DNA of 64,000 nucleotides from Balanoglossus misakiensis (Eukaryota > Animalia > Hemichordata). The translations under genes and the position numbers were made by a program. The stretch is from the NCBI GenBank assembly GCA_040954595.2, contig CM082582.2, positions 6,574,063 to 6,638,062 on the forward strand. The letters run 5' to 3'. Shown here piece after piece: positions 50,100 through 64,000 of the stretch. Each line of letters starts with the position of its first letter. Position 1 is the stretch's first letter. Below the pieces are notes generated by a model. It was not told the DNA's origin. It saw only the letters and a list, made by a program, of their open reading frames with translations, and did no database searches.

Positions 50100-52992
50100 C
50101 CTTCATTTATAAACTTTTACGGGCCATCATGCCAAATTTTAAGCTCTAATTAATTTCTACTCTGATACTGTGATATTCGCCCAAAATCCCACAGCACATT
50201 TCGAGAGTGGTTCGCAAAAAGATTGATTGGAGATACACAGTGTTGTTTACTTCGTTTGCGCACAATGCATTCCTTCTCGCTTTGTTTTCCTCGCATGCCG
50301 AACGCGTCTTTACGTTCTTTTACGGCGGAAACTTTTTAGGCGATTACCGTCAAGGTATGCGGAATATCACAGAGAATTGGACACAGTCTAACGTTATTAT
50401 TGTCATCTATTGGAATCTGGTTTGACAATGTCGACGGGTAGAACGATCCCGCACCGACCTTTGTCCTGAATGTCACAGTCAAAAAGAATCTCTACCATCT
50501 TTGTGTGAAGTACGAATACGGAATAGTTAGTTGTGGAAAAAAACGCTGCAGGGAAGGAGAGGACGTCAGTCTGCCCACACAGGCTTGTTGAACACAGTTT
50601 TATGTCAGAAGGTCACTTTACCACACTCTGATGACGTCATTGCGTTAGATACTTGGCACGCGTTTTGTGCAAAAACATTTCTTGGGAACCCTCGAGGCAT
50701 CGTAGGCAACGGTTCCGAGGTTTCGTATAAAGCGCTCAACCACGCGACGTCAAATCTCTCTCTTTCAATTTCAAATTATGACTGCTGCCGCACAAGATTC
50801 GATAATCATGGGTTGTGGACTGTTTTTACGTAACGCAACATTTAATAAAGTCTTTGCTGGTGCATATTATCTCTGCCTTGTTAAACACAGCGCACCCTCA
50901 ACTGTTTAAATTGCTTGAACTCAATACAAATGATATTAAATCACTTTCCAATAAGCAATTTTTCCTTGTGTACCGGCAGCCATGGTGTGATTAATTTTGT
51001 TTCTGTCAGTAGGGGTTCATAAATGTGAACGTCACTTTCTGCATACCTCGAACAGCAGCACATCGAATTTGGGTGTGGCTCTCTCTGATTGGTTTAATAT
51101 TCACCTTTATGCAAATTGACTCCCCATCACGCAAATTGCCTATTAAGGTAATTTTTGCATACTGTGATCACTGAAAACCACTCTGGTCCAAGTGTCTTCT
51201 TATTCACACGAGCTCCGTGACATTTATCTGAGCGACTTGAAAGTGGTTTTGTTACACTCAGGAACACTCCACAGACGAACACAGAAATTGGCACGTACAT
51301 ACGCACAGAGACACTGACCCTAATTCCAGAGTGGAAAGATCATGAAAACCAGGCCCGCTGCTCTCAAAGCAGTTTAATGAGCTAATACCATTAAACAACA
51401 CAAACTGAAACAGGGTAAAATCAAACACATTCAATCTAACTCCAATTTCAATATTTTTTCAGTAGCAACTTTATTACTTGATCTCAATTAACATCCACAA
51501 CATATTTTCCATGGCAACTCTTAAAATGTAAGCAGAGTTCATAAATACAGACTTTATTTTGTTCTCAATAAAATTTATACTTCAAAGTTTTACAGAATAT
51601 TCTTTTTAAAGCACAAATGAGCTGAGCATGTTCAAGAGAGAGAGATGTCAAGAGCCTGGGCTCCTACAAGATATACAACTGCCCTTCTCCACCGCCACCC
51701 TATCCACTTAAATGCATTCGGCTATTTGACTTTTATTATCTTTGCACCGAGATTTCAGATACTTGAAACGATATTGCTAAGTGCTCGCACACACTCGAAG
51801 ACCATCTGAGAATGTCTTTGATGAGCGGTGGATAGCTGGGACAAACAGGATCCGTGACTGGGACAGACTCGAGTTACAGAAACTGGAAAGAGATGAGATT
51901 CGCGAGAAAAAAACAGAGCAGCTGATACAACTTGACATAAACACTTTCAGTGTATTAACCTCTGCCACAGTGAAATCCAAATTCTTCTGAGAGCAAATTT
52001 CAAAAAATTCTGCTCCACCACCCCCATTCTTCTGCACATTGGTTCGGCCTCACCACTGTCAACTGCAGGACCGAACCAAAGTGAAGGTGAAGAGGGATGC
52101 CAGCAAAATGTTGCCACTCTGTCAGCCTTATTACATTTTGCACTGAAGCAGAATAGGCGAATAGACAGATCAGATAACGAATAAAAATCAACAATGAATG
52201 TAGCCAAGATGTGTCACAAACAATGATGTTGGAGTTGCTGCCATTAGTAACACAATCATGAGATATGTTTTTCAAGAATGCCCTTCAGCAAATCAGGCTT
52301 TTTTTTCACACAAACCATGGCCATTTTATTGCATCTATACCCAACCAAAAACCTTATGAGTTGTACTTAAATTTGTCAGTAAGGTAGGCAGGCCTGGGCA
52401 CAGGCAACAGCCACCAGTTTTGTAGTTTTTGGAGCGAAATAATTCTAAGAGTTGTCTGGCCGAGATGCATGCAAATGAAGCAACAGCAACGTCCAATCAG
52501 AAGCGGCGCCGCCTTTGACCAAAAATGGCAATAAATAGAAACAACTTCGGCAAAAAAAAAACATCAACTTAATAAATAGATATCATAAAATAGAGTAAAA
52601 CAATTTTAGAACAACATAATCCAGTCAACAAAGTATGAAGTGATCCAAAAATTCTAAACCACCTGTCGATGTAATCTATACTGTGAATAAAACAGAAACA
52701 CAAATACACAACTGATACTTCGGAAAAAGTCATGTCAAAGAAATAATAACATGAACAAAACATTACAACTGATCACCATCTTATTTAGTTTTACGGTTAA
52801 CAAGTGCAAATTGATATTCTCCCAAAACTCATCCCTTATATATGTACAATAAGATTGATCGAATAGTTGACCCTTCATAGCTGTTTGTTCTGTGTTCTTG
52901 CAAAAGAAGGAACGCCAAATTTGTATAACAAATTAGGTGATAGTTTATACTTTCCTTTCAAGTATATTTGAAGTTTAAATTTGTAAACTAAT

Positions 52993-53065
52993 TTCTGCAC
53001 CTTAAACTATACTTACCTTTATTACTCGAAACAGAAATAGGCAAGTATAGTTTATGAGTGCAGAA
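52993..53065. repeat. Imperfect inverted repeat (hairpin, possible MITE relic)
   Basis: TTCTGCAC..TAAACTATACTTACCT pairs with AGGCAAGTATAGTTTA..GTGCAGAA. Confidence 0.6.
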
Positions 53066-55238
53066 TCACCACACTATACACTTAATTTAAATCTTTTGGT
53101 TTTAGCTACTAATTTGGATTCTTCAATGTGGAAAACATGGGGGAGGTCAATGGGTTACAGTTATGCCACAAGAAAAGTGTGTCCACTATAGAGAACACGT
53201 ACCTGGGTCTGGAAAATTTTTTCACAGATCTTGGCAAGTTGCCTGGTATTTTTGTTTTGGCATCTGGTGGAGCCAGACATTCCTTGCATTTCCAAAAGTC
53301 AAAATCTACTTAAAAAGTGGAAATCTATTTCTTTGTTTCAAACTGTAAGACCAGTTCAGAATGGTTTCGAAGGCAGGCTTCCAGTTCTTTTACTCGGAGA
53401 ACAAGATGGCATCAAACGAATCTTGCTCTTCCAACAGTAGATGAGTTGAAAGCCCCATGTACGGAGTAAGAAAACAGAAATCCGGCCATTTCAATCTTTT
53501 CACAGCGAAACTTCAAACACAAGGCTGATTGCGTGTGTCTTTAACACACTGGGTTAATTTGCAGAACCAAATTTCACCACACCCTTCAACAAAAGGGAAC
53601 ACCGCTGGTTCTGCATCATTTAATATTGCACAGCAAAAAAAAAAAAGTCCTACAAAAACAGAAAGTTTCTCAGACCCAATGTTCTGAGGCACACACACAG
53701 GGGTCATCAATCGGATAACCCTCAACCATTTAAATTTCAGTTTAATTGCCTTGTTGCAGCTGGCTCGAACCCAACCCGATACCACTCCACCGCAATGAGT
53801 GGTCTGGTATCTATGGACAAATTGAAACGGAACTAGGGCTTGTCGCAGATGGATTTTAAACAAAGTACCCTTCATATCTACACCATTTCCTGTTGAAGTT
53901 TCTCTTCCTACACATGGAGTAAAACCAGATAACTAGTGAAATTAGTCACATATCATGACAGGAACACAGAACACAGGCATGGGTGGAGGGGAAATTCGAA
54001 TTCTTTCAAAAGTTAAACCACAAGCATACAGAGAGCCACTTTTCATGGTGGAGTTGTTTCATTTTTTTTTGAGTCGAACTGATTCTTGTTTTCTATAAGA
54101 ACACATAAAATTCAAGTCGCAAGTCCGACACAAGAGGAATATGTGACAGAAAGATTATTGTAAACATTCCTCGCTGTGCTGCCAATTTGTTGGCACAATA
54201 GTCGACGGGGAAGGAATTCTTTCCCCCCGCATTACAATAAATCGCCGCAAGGCATCGGGATAAATCGGAAGTAATGTGGAGGAGACAATTACCAGGACTG
54301 TGGTTCTATTGTCTGTTTGTTACAACACGGGGCTAATTACAAACTGGAAAAACAACCTGGGCACAAAGAAAAAAGACATGCCTTTGTGAAATAACGCGAG
54401 TAATCTGTTCCTGCTAAACTGTTGCACCAAGATGTCTTTTATGAATTTGAAAAGTAGACACATCCACAAACAAAAATAAAACTTCACCTGTGGAAATCAC
54501 ACACTTATGAATGTAAAACCTGGGACTCCTATGGTACAGTCACTGGATTTACAAAAATGCCAGTCAAAAACACACGTGTGTGCGCGCAACGTACGTAACA
54601 ACAGCGACCGGACCTCACTGGAAACAGACGCCAGTCGAGGAGGAAAGGTAATATTAATGCTAAAATAGTAGAAATATCTGGCATGGCACCGTGAAATGTA
54701 CCATGAAATTGACCACATGCAACCCCGACAATAACCCCATGTCAGTTTCAACCAGAAAAAACAAATGACAGTCATGCACACAGGAAAGAATGTGTTAGCT
54801 CTCCCATCACCGCAGACCGGGTCGCCCTGAACACAGGTATTTTTTCCGCGGTCAATTCCTCCCAGTACATGCCCAGTAAGATTACACAACACCTTGCGAA
54901 AAACCCTCGTCACAACAAACAGTTAAAATGAAACGGACACCACTGGGGCAATATATGAGCCATGTATTTAGGAAGTATAACTTTCACTGTGTATTTTTTC
55001 CTAAACGATACAGCCCCTCAAACGCTAAGTTGTCTATTTAACAGTTCCCACAACAAGTGTACCGCCAACAAGGGGGGTTATGAATGCCGACAATGTGTGT
55101 ACAAGCAGGACATAGAGCCCGCAGGTGAAATCTCTAAAATCACAAATAGAAACTTTAGTTGATGTACACCGAGATAACATATTTTTTTTCCAGAGGGGCA
55201 CCAATTGAATACTTAAACAGGAGTTATAAACAACGAAA

Positions 55239-55450
55239 TACTGTAAAACACTTTATTTTCGCAAGCAATTAATTTTCGCCAAATACGCGAGAGCCAAAAT
55301 AGCGTGAAAATAAAAAGTCGCGTAAATTGTTTTTGGAGATAACGATGCAGTGAATGATATAAGAGAACGCGAAAATTAATACTCGCGAAACAGTGGCCTC
55401 TCTCGATATCGCGAAAAATTTAACTCGCGAAAATAAAGTGTTTTACAGTA
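55239..55450. mobile_element. TA-flanked non-autonomous DNA transposon (MITE, ~210 bp)
   Basis: Perfect TIR TACTGTAAAACACTTTATTTTCGC / GCGAAAATAAAGTGTTTTACAGTA with TA ends and repeated internal CGCGAAA motifs. Confidence 0.88.
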
Positions 55451-56316
55451 CATCCCAACACAAATGTAGGTCAGCTTGAACTTACAGAAAGGGGTAAAAA
55501 AGTGCATATATAAACTTGCTATGACAGCACCTACAATGTACAAGTAATCTGTGTATAATTTTATATTCAGAGTAACTATCTATATATACATTAGAAAATG
55601 TTAATGCTTGTAAATCCCAAACAACATGTATAGTGTTTATCCGTAAACAATCACTTATCCTGTAAAATTTCTAGACCTGTACGTCATGATGTGTTTACAG
55701 TTTTTCACCGAATTGTTGTTCAAATATGGCAAAACAGTCTTCTCTGACTTGAACTTCGGAAAGGGAACTCTCACTCTGTTTTTTCTATATTTCGTTTGGG
55801 GGGGGGGGGGGCAGTTTTTTTGCGCAAAGCATTCTGTATCGCTTGAATATGCCAACTTGCCAACTCATTATAACTCAATATGGAGAGCTATTACCTGGTA
55901 GCCACCCTAGTCGATTTTCTATCCTCTTTTTACATACTTGCACACTCTGTTTCTGTACACTTCAACCTTGTTATTGTTTTCTGTGAATCGGCCAAAAAAT
56001 GCCCTGATTATCGACCAGAAAAAAATATGTCATGCAGTCAAAAAAAAAAAAATGGGGCTAATGGCATTTCCAGTGAATTGGCAGAATTCCACCGACTCTA
56101 TTAAAGGCAGCCACGGTACTTTGTCAGTCGTTTGCCCACTTTTGATCGAATCTGGTTAAGTGGAACAGGCGCACAAAGAACCGTCAATTACTCGTGCAAG
56201 CTTGGGTTAAAATCCAACCAAGCCAGGCGGAGGAAAAAAGGGGCAAGCGACGGTGATTGCCGACCGGGCGCTTCAAGAAAAGAACACGTACGCCGGCGCG
56301 GAAAATCCTTTTTCAA

Positions 56317-56364
56317 GAGTCGAGTTGAATCCTGCCAAGAGAGTCGAGTTGAATCTTGCCAAGA
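56317..56364. repeat. 24-bp tandem duplication
   Basis: GAGTCGAGTTGAATCCTGCCAAGA followed by GAGTCGAGTTGAATCTTGCCAAGA. Confidence 0.9.
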
Positions 56365-59300
56365 TGACAAGAGTGCAAATATATACGTCCCCCGCCTTCT
56401 TATCAGACGTTGAAATGAAATGAAAAGCGCTTTCAAAAGTAATTTTCTTATCTGTGCGGTTCAATTTAGCGCGCTTCTCCGCCTCGCTCTTCTCTAGCTG
56501 AGACTGCGTCGCGTTTTCTGATGGCAGTGTGGCAGTATTAATCACGATTTCCGTCAGGGGCTAATCGCTGTCATGGACAGACACTAGCTTGCAGGAAACA
56601 ACTGGAAAATCTGGCGGAAGCCCTGTTCATGATCAGTTCCTTCAAGGCATGTTGAATTGTACCTCTTATCAGAATAACTGTAGTCGCGGGCAACATTAAG
56701 GTGTGCATGTGCCTGTAAGATTATTTCTTCAAAGAGAGACAAAAATTCTATGACTGAAACCAACATGTACGTGAAAGGGTTAATTTACAACAGTTGAGTA
56801 TTTCAGCACATCAATCCAGTATGGCTGGTACGGTGTAAGTGCTTTTTGAGAAGTATTTGCTGAGAGATCCATCACACTGGCATACTGAACGTTCTTGAGG
56901 ACTGAAAAACTCGTCAGTCCACTTCTTAACCCATACATGTTTGTTCATTCAGGGCCTGTTCATCATTCTTCACTTAAGAGTAACGAGACATTTTTTCCAT
57001 GGCTTTCTTCTCTTTCTCTCTGTTTCTGTGTTTTAGTTTTACATTTTCCAAGACTACGACGACAGTAACCAAGAAAACAGTTACCGTCCATGCAAACGCC
57101 GGCTTCAAAGCAAACACACATACCAGGCATGCTTGAACGAAGGACTCCAGCGCGATACTGACAACTGCACGTTGAAATCCAGCACTGCAGGCGCTGATTA
57201 CACCCTGATTGAAAACCCCAGCTGTTAGCTTCTGGTTACAAATATACATACATGTACAACCATTGAAGCTAATTCACATTTCCTACCCTTGCAATGAAAA
57301 CAGATTTCGCAGCGGCGGGTGTTAATGCTACGTCTAATCTGTGTGCACTGGGTGACAGCAAATCAGACGTGTGTTTTTTCTTTCATCGATTTGAAACGCG
57401 CTGAACAAGACTGGTACTTGAAAATCAAATTACTCTGCGTGTGTCTGCCTCTGCCTGGCAAATTGCAAGGCTCGTTTCACATAGGCCCCGATAATATCAT
57501 CCCTCCTCTGAAATTGCCAACTAATGGGATTCTCCTACCCGACTGGGTAAGCTGACAGAAATCATTATCGGACTTGGTAAAATGGGGGAAAAAGACAAGA
57601 CTACAGACTGTCGTTAGATTGACAGTTCTTAGAGAAGTCTCTAATGCTGTAATTTTCCGAGAGGCCGCTCACTGAGACGGTGGAAGCGAGCTTCGCGGGC
57701 GACAATCAACGAGGAAGGCACCCGACAAGAAAGGTGGGTAGATGATGATGATGATGATGACGGTGATGATGGCTGGGCTTCTCTAACGTACAACGTGGAT
57801 CCATGTTGGAATGTTCCATTCCTGGCAGGCAGGTGGTATGGGGTAGCTTCTTGAGGGGCTATCTTTTATGTGTTCTTCAGCAGCCGTTGTCGCTTGCATT
57901 TATCACATTCTGCAATAAATAATAGAAGAAGATCGAAATTAAGTCATTGCATGCCACCTCTCTGTTTCAATAATTGTCCATGTGTCACATTACATGCCAA
58001 GTCTTCGCAAAGTTAATTAGCAAATTCTCAATCTCATCAAAAGAGGTAACCCCTGCAAACAAATGGAACATTATTCAAACAAGACACTCAACAACATGAA
58101 GACTGAGGAAACCAAACTTGCTCGATTCAATGAACGCGTCAGTTTTATTTTAATGCCACTTCTCCAAATAAATGGTTTGGCAGGCTAGTGTTATATTAAC
58201 AAAATAAATCACACTCGATGATCGCTGAAGTCTTCTGTTCAATAATGAATATCGTCTCATTTAAGCGAGGCTGGAAACAAATATACTTCAACAAATTGTG
58301 CTATTTACGACTAATGGCTGTGGACAATCCTGTGTGTCCACTCCAGTGATATATAGGTGTAGGTTATGAAGTTTACTTCATCTGCTGTGTACATATCTTG
58401 AATAAAATATACAATAACTTTATTTCTAGGAGTGGATTGCAAATATCCTGTCTGCACTACGAGTACGCGTGGTCTAGACGTCTACTTGCAGCCCATCTGT
58501 GTCGAATTTCCTTCAGTCGATATCGACTACAATGCAGAATTAATAAGTTTGAAATGAGGATTTCTTTTCAGTATGTTGACTGGTGCATGTATCTGTTTCT
58601 GCGGTGAGATGAATTTCGGTGACAAAAAAACACAGTCTCTAAATTTAGAATGCCTGCTGTTGCATCATTTATTCATGAATTCCCAGCATGCAGTATTTTG
58701 CAGATTTCACAATTTCTCAGTAGCTATGGAATTCGTCGCAAATGTCTGCCTTACAATCTGGGTACAGGTACATTGTAAATGATATATACATGCACATGAC
58801 ATCATTAACCTCATGCCGCGGGTTTAGGACAGATCTGCATAGATTGCCATCTCACTTTGTGTGGTTCTTTTCAAACTTCTGTATATTTCATGATGTCGGT
58901 TTCACAGCTGCGTGTGCATTTCAGAGATAAAGCATGATCACATATAGATGCTGCTTTCATAGCACAAATGATTGACAGGTTAGTGTCTGTTTCCTGCACA
59001 ATAAGGATTACCCACTTTAAACACAGACCAGACACAGATGGTACGATATTGATAGATTTTTTTTAACAATGAGCGCATGTTCCCTGGGGACAGAAAACAA
59101 AACTGTATACGTGTGTCATAATGCAATTAACAACTCGTGCTCGATACAACTGATCAATTTCAATTAGCGGCTACAAAGGTGGGCATTCTCATCAGTGTTA
59201 ATTAAGAGAAAATTATTAGCCCCCTGACTGGAAAACGTCCATGTGCGATAATTGATCAGAGAATGGCTCCTTCAGCGAGATAAAGATTAGGCAAATACAC

Positions 59301-62300
59301 ACACGCAGAGCTATAATGTCACAAATGAAATGATATACGCTGCCCCCAAAAAATCCATAAATCTATGAAAACTGCATAAGCTCTAGACTGAATGACTTGA
59401 CTACCAGTCTGCAGTTGGAATAAAATCAATAGAGTGTGCAGCCTGCCACGTGTGTCGTTCACAGAAACAAAATGCAGCTTAGATCTCTGTTAACGGCGCC
59501 TTTGTCTTTTGACATGTCCACGTTTCCGTGCCACTGATGATTTTCAATATATAGTGGCACTGTCAATGTTGGTTTGTCACACAAAAGCAATTTTAAATGC
59601 CCACTCAGCAGATCTGTCCATCCACCAAACAAATTTGTTGGCTTTCTGAATTAAAGAAAAAATACTTGCTGTCTTTCGCATTTTATGTTTTGCCAATATT
59701 GCCTCACCTTCCCACTAAAGGTTATACAATATTAAACACATTGGCAGTAAACGCTGTCCCTTGCCATATATTTGTAGGTTTAGTGTTTGCATATTTTAAT
59801 TTTGGAGTGTGATTGCAATCGTGACTGCACATCAAGTTAATATTGTATTGAGAATCTGATGAACTCAAAAGGAAAGTCCACAAAAGGAACTACACTGCAC
59901 TTTATGATTCAATAACCAGTGGTTTATGAGCATCCACATAATCAATGTTTTATATATCCCAAGCTAATCTTTGAGATCTGGTACTTCACAATAACACATA
60001 TATGTACATGTATGCATGTCAAATATGGGACGAGGGGTTCTTTGCAAGAAGCGGCCACTCCAAGACTGGTGGAAAAGATCAGAGAAACTTGGATCCCAAA
60101 CTGGGAGAGGATAACGAAGAGATGAAAAACAGATGCGTGGATCCCCCTCCCGTCCCCCAAACTCTGACAAAAACAGTTACCCCAGATTCTCTATCGTAAA
60201 GTACCTTCACTGAAGTAATAAACCACCATTCACAACACACCACGCTATACAAGCACTCTTGAGGAGTGGTGTACACTCCAGTGAATTTATCTTTCTCATA
60301 AATCTCGCCAAGATTTAGTATCAATTGGTCCTCCTTTCCGGCGACCAAAATTGACTTGTAGTAGTACATGTGGGAGTTGCCAGCACGTGGGTAACCTGTC
60401 ATTTACAGGTAAAACTGCAGAGACATCAAAAACCTCTTTCTAATCATCCCTTTTTTTGCCTCCTGCCCTGGGGTGACCGGGCAATCTGTACGCAGAGCGT
60501 GGGTGCATGCATCCCCCACCCTGAAGATAAACGATATTCTGCATTCTATATATATACAGAACAGTACTGATGAAAATTAACAACAGTCGTACCTGGACCG
60601 GTGTGATTTCAATGCAAGAATTGCGTGCAAGACAAAAAAAAAACCGAGAGTAAATTTAGATGGATTGTGTGTACCTGGTGTGTGTCAGCCACTCAATGCA
60701 CTGAGGCAGACGCCAATATATTTCTCTTGGCTGTGTGAGTTATCTGTCGAAATCAATCCTTCTTTCCTGTACTCTGTATACGAATGTTCATGTATCATTT
60801 TAATTTGTGGGATGCTGTACACGTGGGTTTCTGGCGATGGCTGCAGGGACATTGCTCACTGCAGTCACACTGTCTCTTAGTGAAGTGGAATTTTGCATTC
60901 ACACAAAAAAAAAGAGTACCAAAGTTGCTATGAGTTAAAAATTTGAAATTATCACACATGAAGAATCATGAAAATACAAAAAAGAATTTATGTATTACTG
61001 TAACTAGTTGGAGGGTGGGGTGGGACAGGGCAGGTAGGTTTGAATCCTCTACACAAGAATAGGATGGAATCATGGTCTTTGGAAGGTTGGGGATATGACC
61101 GACCCAATCAATACACAAAGTTGCTGAGTACTTAAGTTGGTAGTGTGTTGAAAGTTTGTCTCTTAACAGAAAGTTTGAAACTGATGCAATACTAGTCAAT
61201 GATTATTACGCATAACAAGCAAATGGGTACTGGAATTTCAGATCTTGAGCAAAAATGAGCAAAATATGCTGTGCATATTAAATTTACGCATTTCATCATC
61301 AATGCACATCTAGTTTGCTGACACTGCTGAATGCTGGGTAATTTGGCAGAAATCAAAAGTATCCCACAAAAACTGCTCCTTCTCTCTCTGATGACATACA
61401 CTCACAAACAGCCTCTGGGGGATTTATACGAGAAGAAAAATTTCATCTCCCAGAATATCAATTTTTAAGCACAGCCCTGTGACAACGCCGACTGCAAGCT
61501 ATGAAATTGGGATTAAAAGTCAAGTAATTGGATTACACGAATACAAGTCATAATTCAATTAGTTTTGACAGAAATGAGCAGTGGATACCCCTCTGGGAAA
61601 CGACACTGTTACGAAGGTTACGGCGTACCAAATACGTCATTTTTATAGTACAGATATGTCACTTCCAATCAGGTGAAGTATCTGCCGGTAAAATCTGCAA
61701 TGAAAGACGGAGTTCACGATATCAAGTGGACGTGAATGGACATTCATTTACTTCCATTCATATGCATATGGTCCGCGGTACGAAAAAAACCCATACCTCG
61801 ACTCGTCACTGCCGTAAAATTAACATTTTCATGTATAATGGAAGTCATTTTCCTGTTGGTCTATTTTTTCCACAAAACGTTCCATCGCCCTCCTGAATAG
61901 CTCTAATCTATCTGTTGGTGTTCATCATCGCGTTGACAAAAGCCTTCGACTTTTCACACATTCGGTGCGATATTTATCGGCCAAACTGTGATGAAAACTA
62001 ATTACGCCTATCATAACCAGATCATCACAGATGAAGCAGTTACGGAACAAAGGTTTAATGGCCTAGGTGGAAGTGTCTTAATAAAAAAATACCAGCACAC
62101 AATTTTCATCAAAATGGCAGTCCTTTTTTTTACGAGACCTTCAGGCTATGACGAAGTGCTTTTCCCAATTGGAGGAACCAATTAATAATTCAACGAATTC
62201 AGGCACTGAGGAATTATAAGTGTACCGTACTCATATTTCTTCTTTTGTTGCGGCAGGCGACATTGTCCGAAATTGTAAAAAGGTTGATAAAAAACTGTTT

Positions 62301-62895
62301 CCCGGTTGGTATGGCAACGATACAAACACTATAGCTCTTTTATGCCCTGTTTTATAGCTTATTGCTTACTTTAGGTGGTGGCACATATGCAAAATACAGT
62401 ACGTTATTTGAAGTCTTTTTAATTAAGGAGAAACAAAGTCACTCTTTCAGGTCAAAACAAAATCCATATGGCTGTGATCAGTGATACAAGTTCTGCAATT
62501 TTCATTAGAAGCCCATTTTTTACACTCAATTTCCAGGTAGTTTCATGTTTTATGAGAGAAGTTTCCGCGAAATACAACACTGAGACAATTCATATCATCC
62601 ACTATGCATGTGCGTTTAGCCTCCGATCTCGTCATAATTCTTCCCTTTCATGCAGCGATAAAAATATCTGATGCGTGCTATTTGCATTAAACCGTCATTT
62701 GGCGTGGAAAAGTGACCTAAATTTCACAGCTGCCTAGTGGCACGGGTGGCGACAGAGTTATGGGGGTTGTCCATTCATTGCGTAGATGAATGGGCTCTCC
62801 ATCAGCGGCAAGCCGTGAATTCCTTCCTTTCCACGCGATATTCACATCGATCTAGGTCAAAGGTTGGGAGGAGAACTCGTCTCCCTGTAACAGTT

Positions 62896-62998
62896 TGAAC
62901 CCTTCCACCCCCCGCCCCCAGTTCCCTCTCTCCAGAGGTCCAACCTTTGCCATAGAAAACAATGTGTTTGGACTGTACCATGGTGGTGAAAGGGGTAA
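62896..62998 (-). mobile_element. Diverged copy of the TTAA piggyBac-like MITE
   Basis: AACCCTTCCACCCC...AGAGGTCCAACCTTTGCCATAGAAAACAAT...TGGACTGTACCATGGTGGTGAAAGGGGTAA. Confidence 0.75.
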
Positions 62999-64000
62999 AA
63001 TAAAAGCTGCCAGCATGGCTCTGGCTGCTATCCGGCACGTATCTCATCCCTCGCGAAATATCTGTCTGGGCCGCAAGACAGAAATATCACAGGTGATTGA
63101 TTCTAAAAGCCTGATGGCTCTTGTATACTCAGCTCCACAAACAAAGGGGAGTTAAAAACAGACAGCAAATGAAAATAAGCGACGGCGGTTCTGCAAAATT
63201 TATCCTGGCCTTTTCCAAACGACACACAAGTCTGCATCAGTTACTCGACTGTGAGGAGGACCGGTTGCCATGGCAGCCACCTGCATCCGTAGATTCCAAA
63301 CTGCCACACATTGGAAAGTTGATATGCAAATGAATACATTACACTTTAATTTTCAATTCAGGCAAAAAAAAATTACATTAATATTTTTCCAGTACGTTTG
63401 CTGAGTATTTTAGAAATAGGTGTGGTCACACACTAGGCAAACTATTGTGGTTTAATTTAATTATATCAAGCTGTAGCCACATTTAGGCATGCAAACTAAC
63501 TAGACACAGATAGCTGTCTACGGTACCTGCATAAAATCTCTGATACCATCCACCCAGAAAGCACGATTCCCAAGTCTACAACGAAAGAAATAATTTTTTT
63601 CTCAAATTTTAACATTTTTTTCTCCACAATGGAATTTCACCTGAATTTAAACGGACCCACCTGACTACCACAGAGGGCCTGGGTGGCTAAAAAAGCATGT
63701 GGCTTATGTTAAGTGTCTATTCAAGATATCTGTAATGATCCTGTGGTATTTCTAGACAATTAGACACCACCCTACTTCAGGTTGACAGAGTAGCGTTGCC
63801 GCCACGAAAATTTATACACCTCGGTCGCCATTGTCAAAATCTGATAGCATCAAATATCCTGTCCACAGAGAACACCCCTACTTCGGAGACAATGGCCGAG
63901 TAACCTTGAACTGAGAGGTTCAGGGGAGGGGACCGCCAGCAATTTTCGCTTAATTTTGTGTACCTGGGGGACAATTTATCACAATTATCTATAAAAGGAA

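Noticed and set aside
59511-59578. GTGCCACT/AGTGGCAC hairpin as a miR-96/183-family precursor; also miR-34-like (56522), miR-124-like (44523) and miR-22-like (63004) starts
   Set aside because: Only seed-length similarity; the rest of each mature sequence does not match, and the hairpins are too bulged or absent.

Overview
Eukaryotic (animal) genomic DNA with GT-AG introns; the repeat types and gene style suggest a marine invertebrate deuterostome such as a hemichordate (inference only). 1-14.8 kb is an 88-bp AT-rich tandem satellite, probably running off a contig end. It is followed by an intronless 130-aa orphan ORF and a tRNA-Val(AAC). Next come two tandem 8-exon SDR genes (minus strand) that closely resemble bacterial D-3-hydroxybutyrate dehydrogenase but have changed substrate-site residues. 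A 13-exon alanine aminotransferase (GPT/GPT2, minus) lies head-to-head with a 5-exon C16orf87 homologue (plus). The last ~28 kb has no recognisable coding sequence, only MITEs, microsatellites and RFX/CTCF-like motifs. Highlights: (1) two independent Penelope-like retroelement insertions in the SDR introns, each with a minimal hammerhead ribozyme, an inverted terminal copy and a 12-bp TSD, one also with a GIY-YIG remnant; (2) an excess of TACATGTA octamers, one of which appears to be a 6-bp insertion at a TA (transposon-footprint-like); (3) palindromic edge monomers and incipient higher-order structure in the satellite. All exon structures were read by eye and not confirmed with transcripts or database searches.
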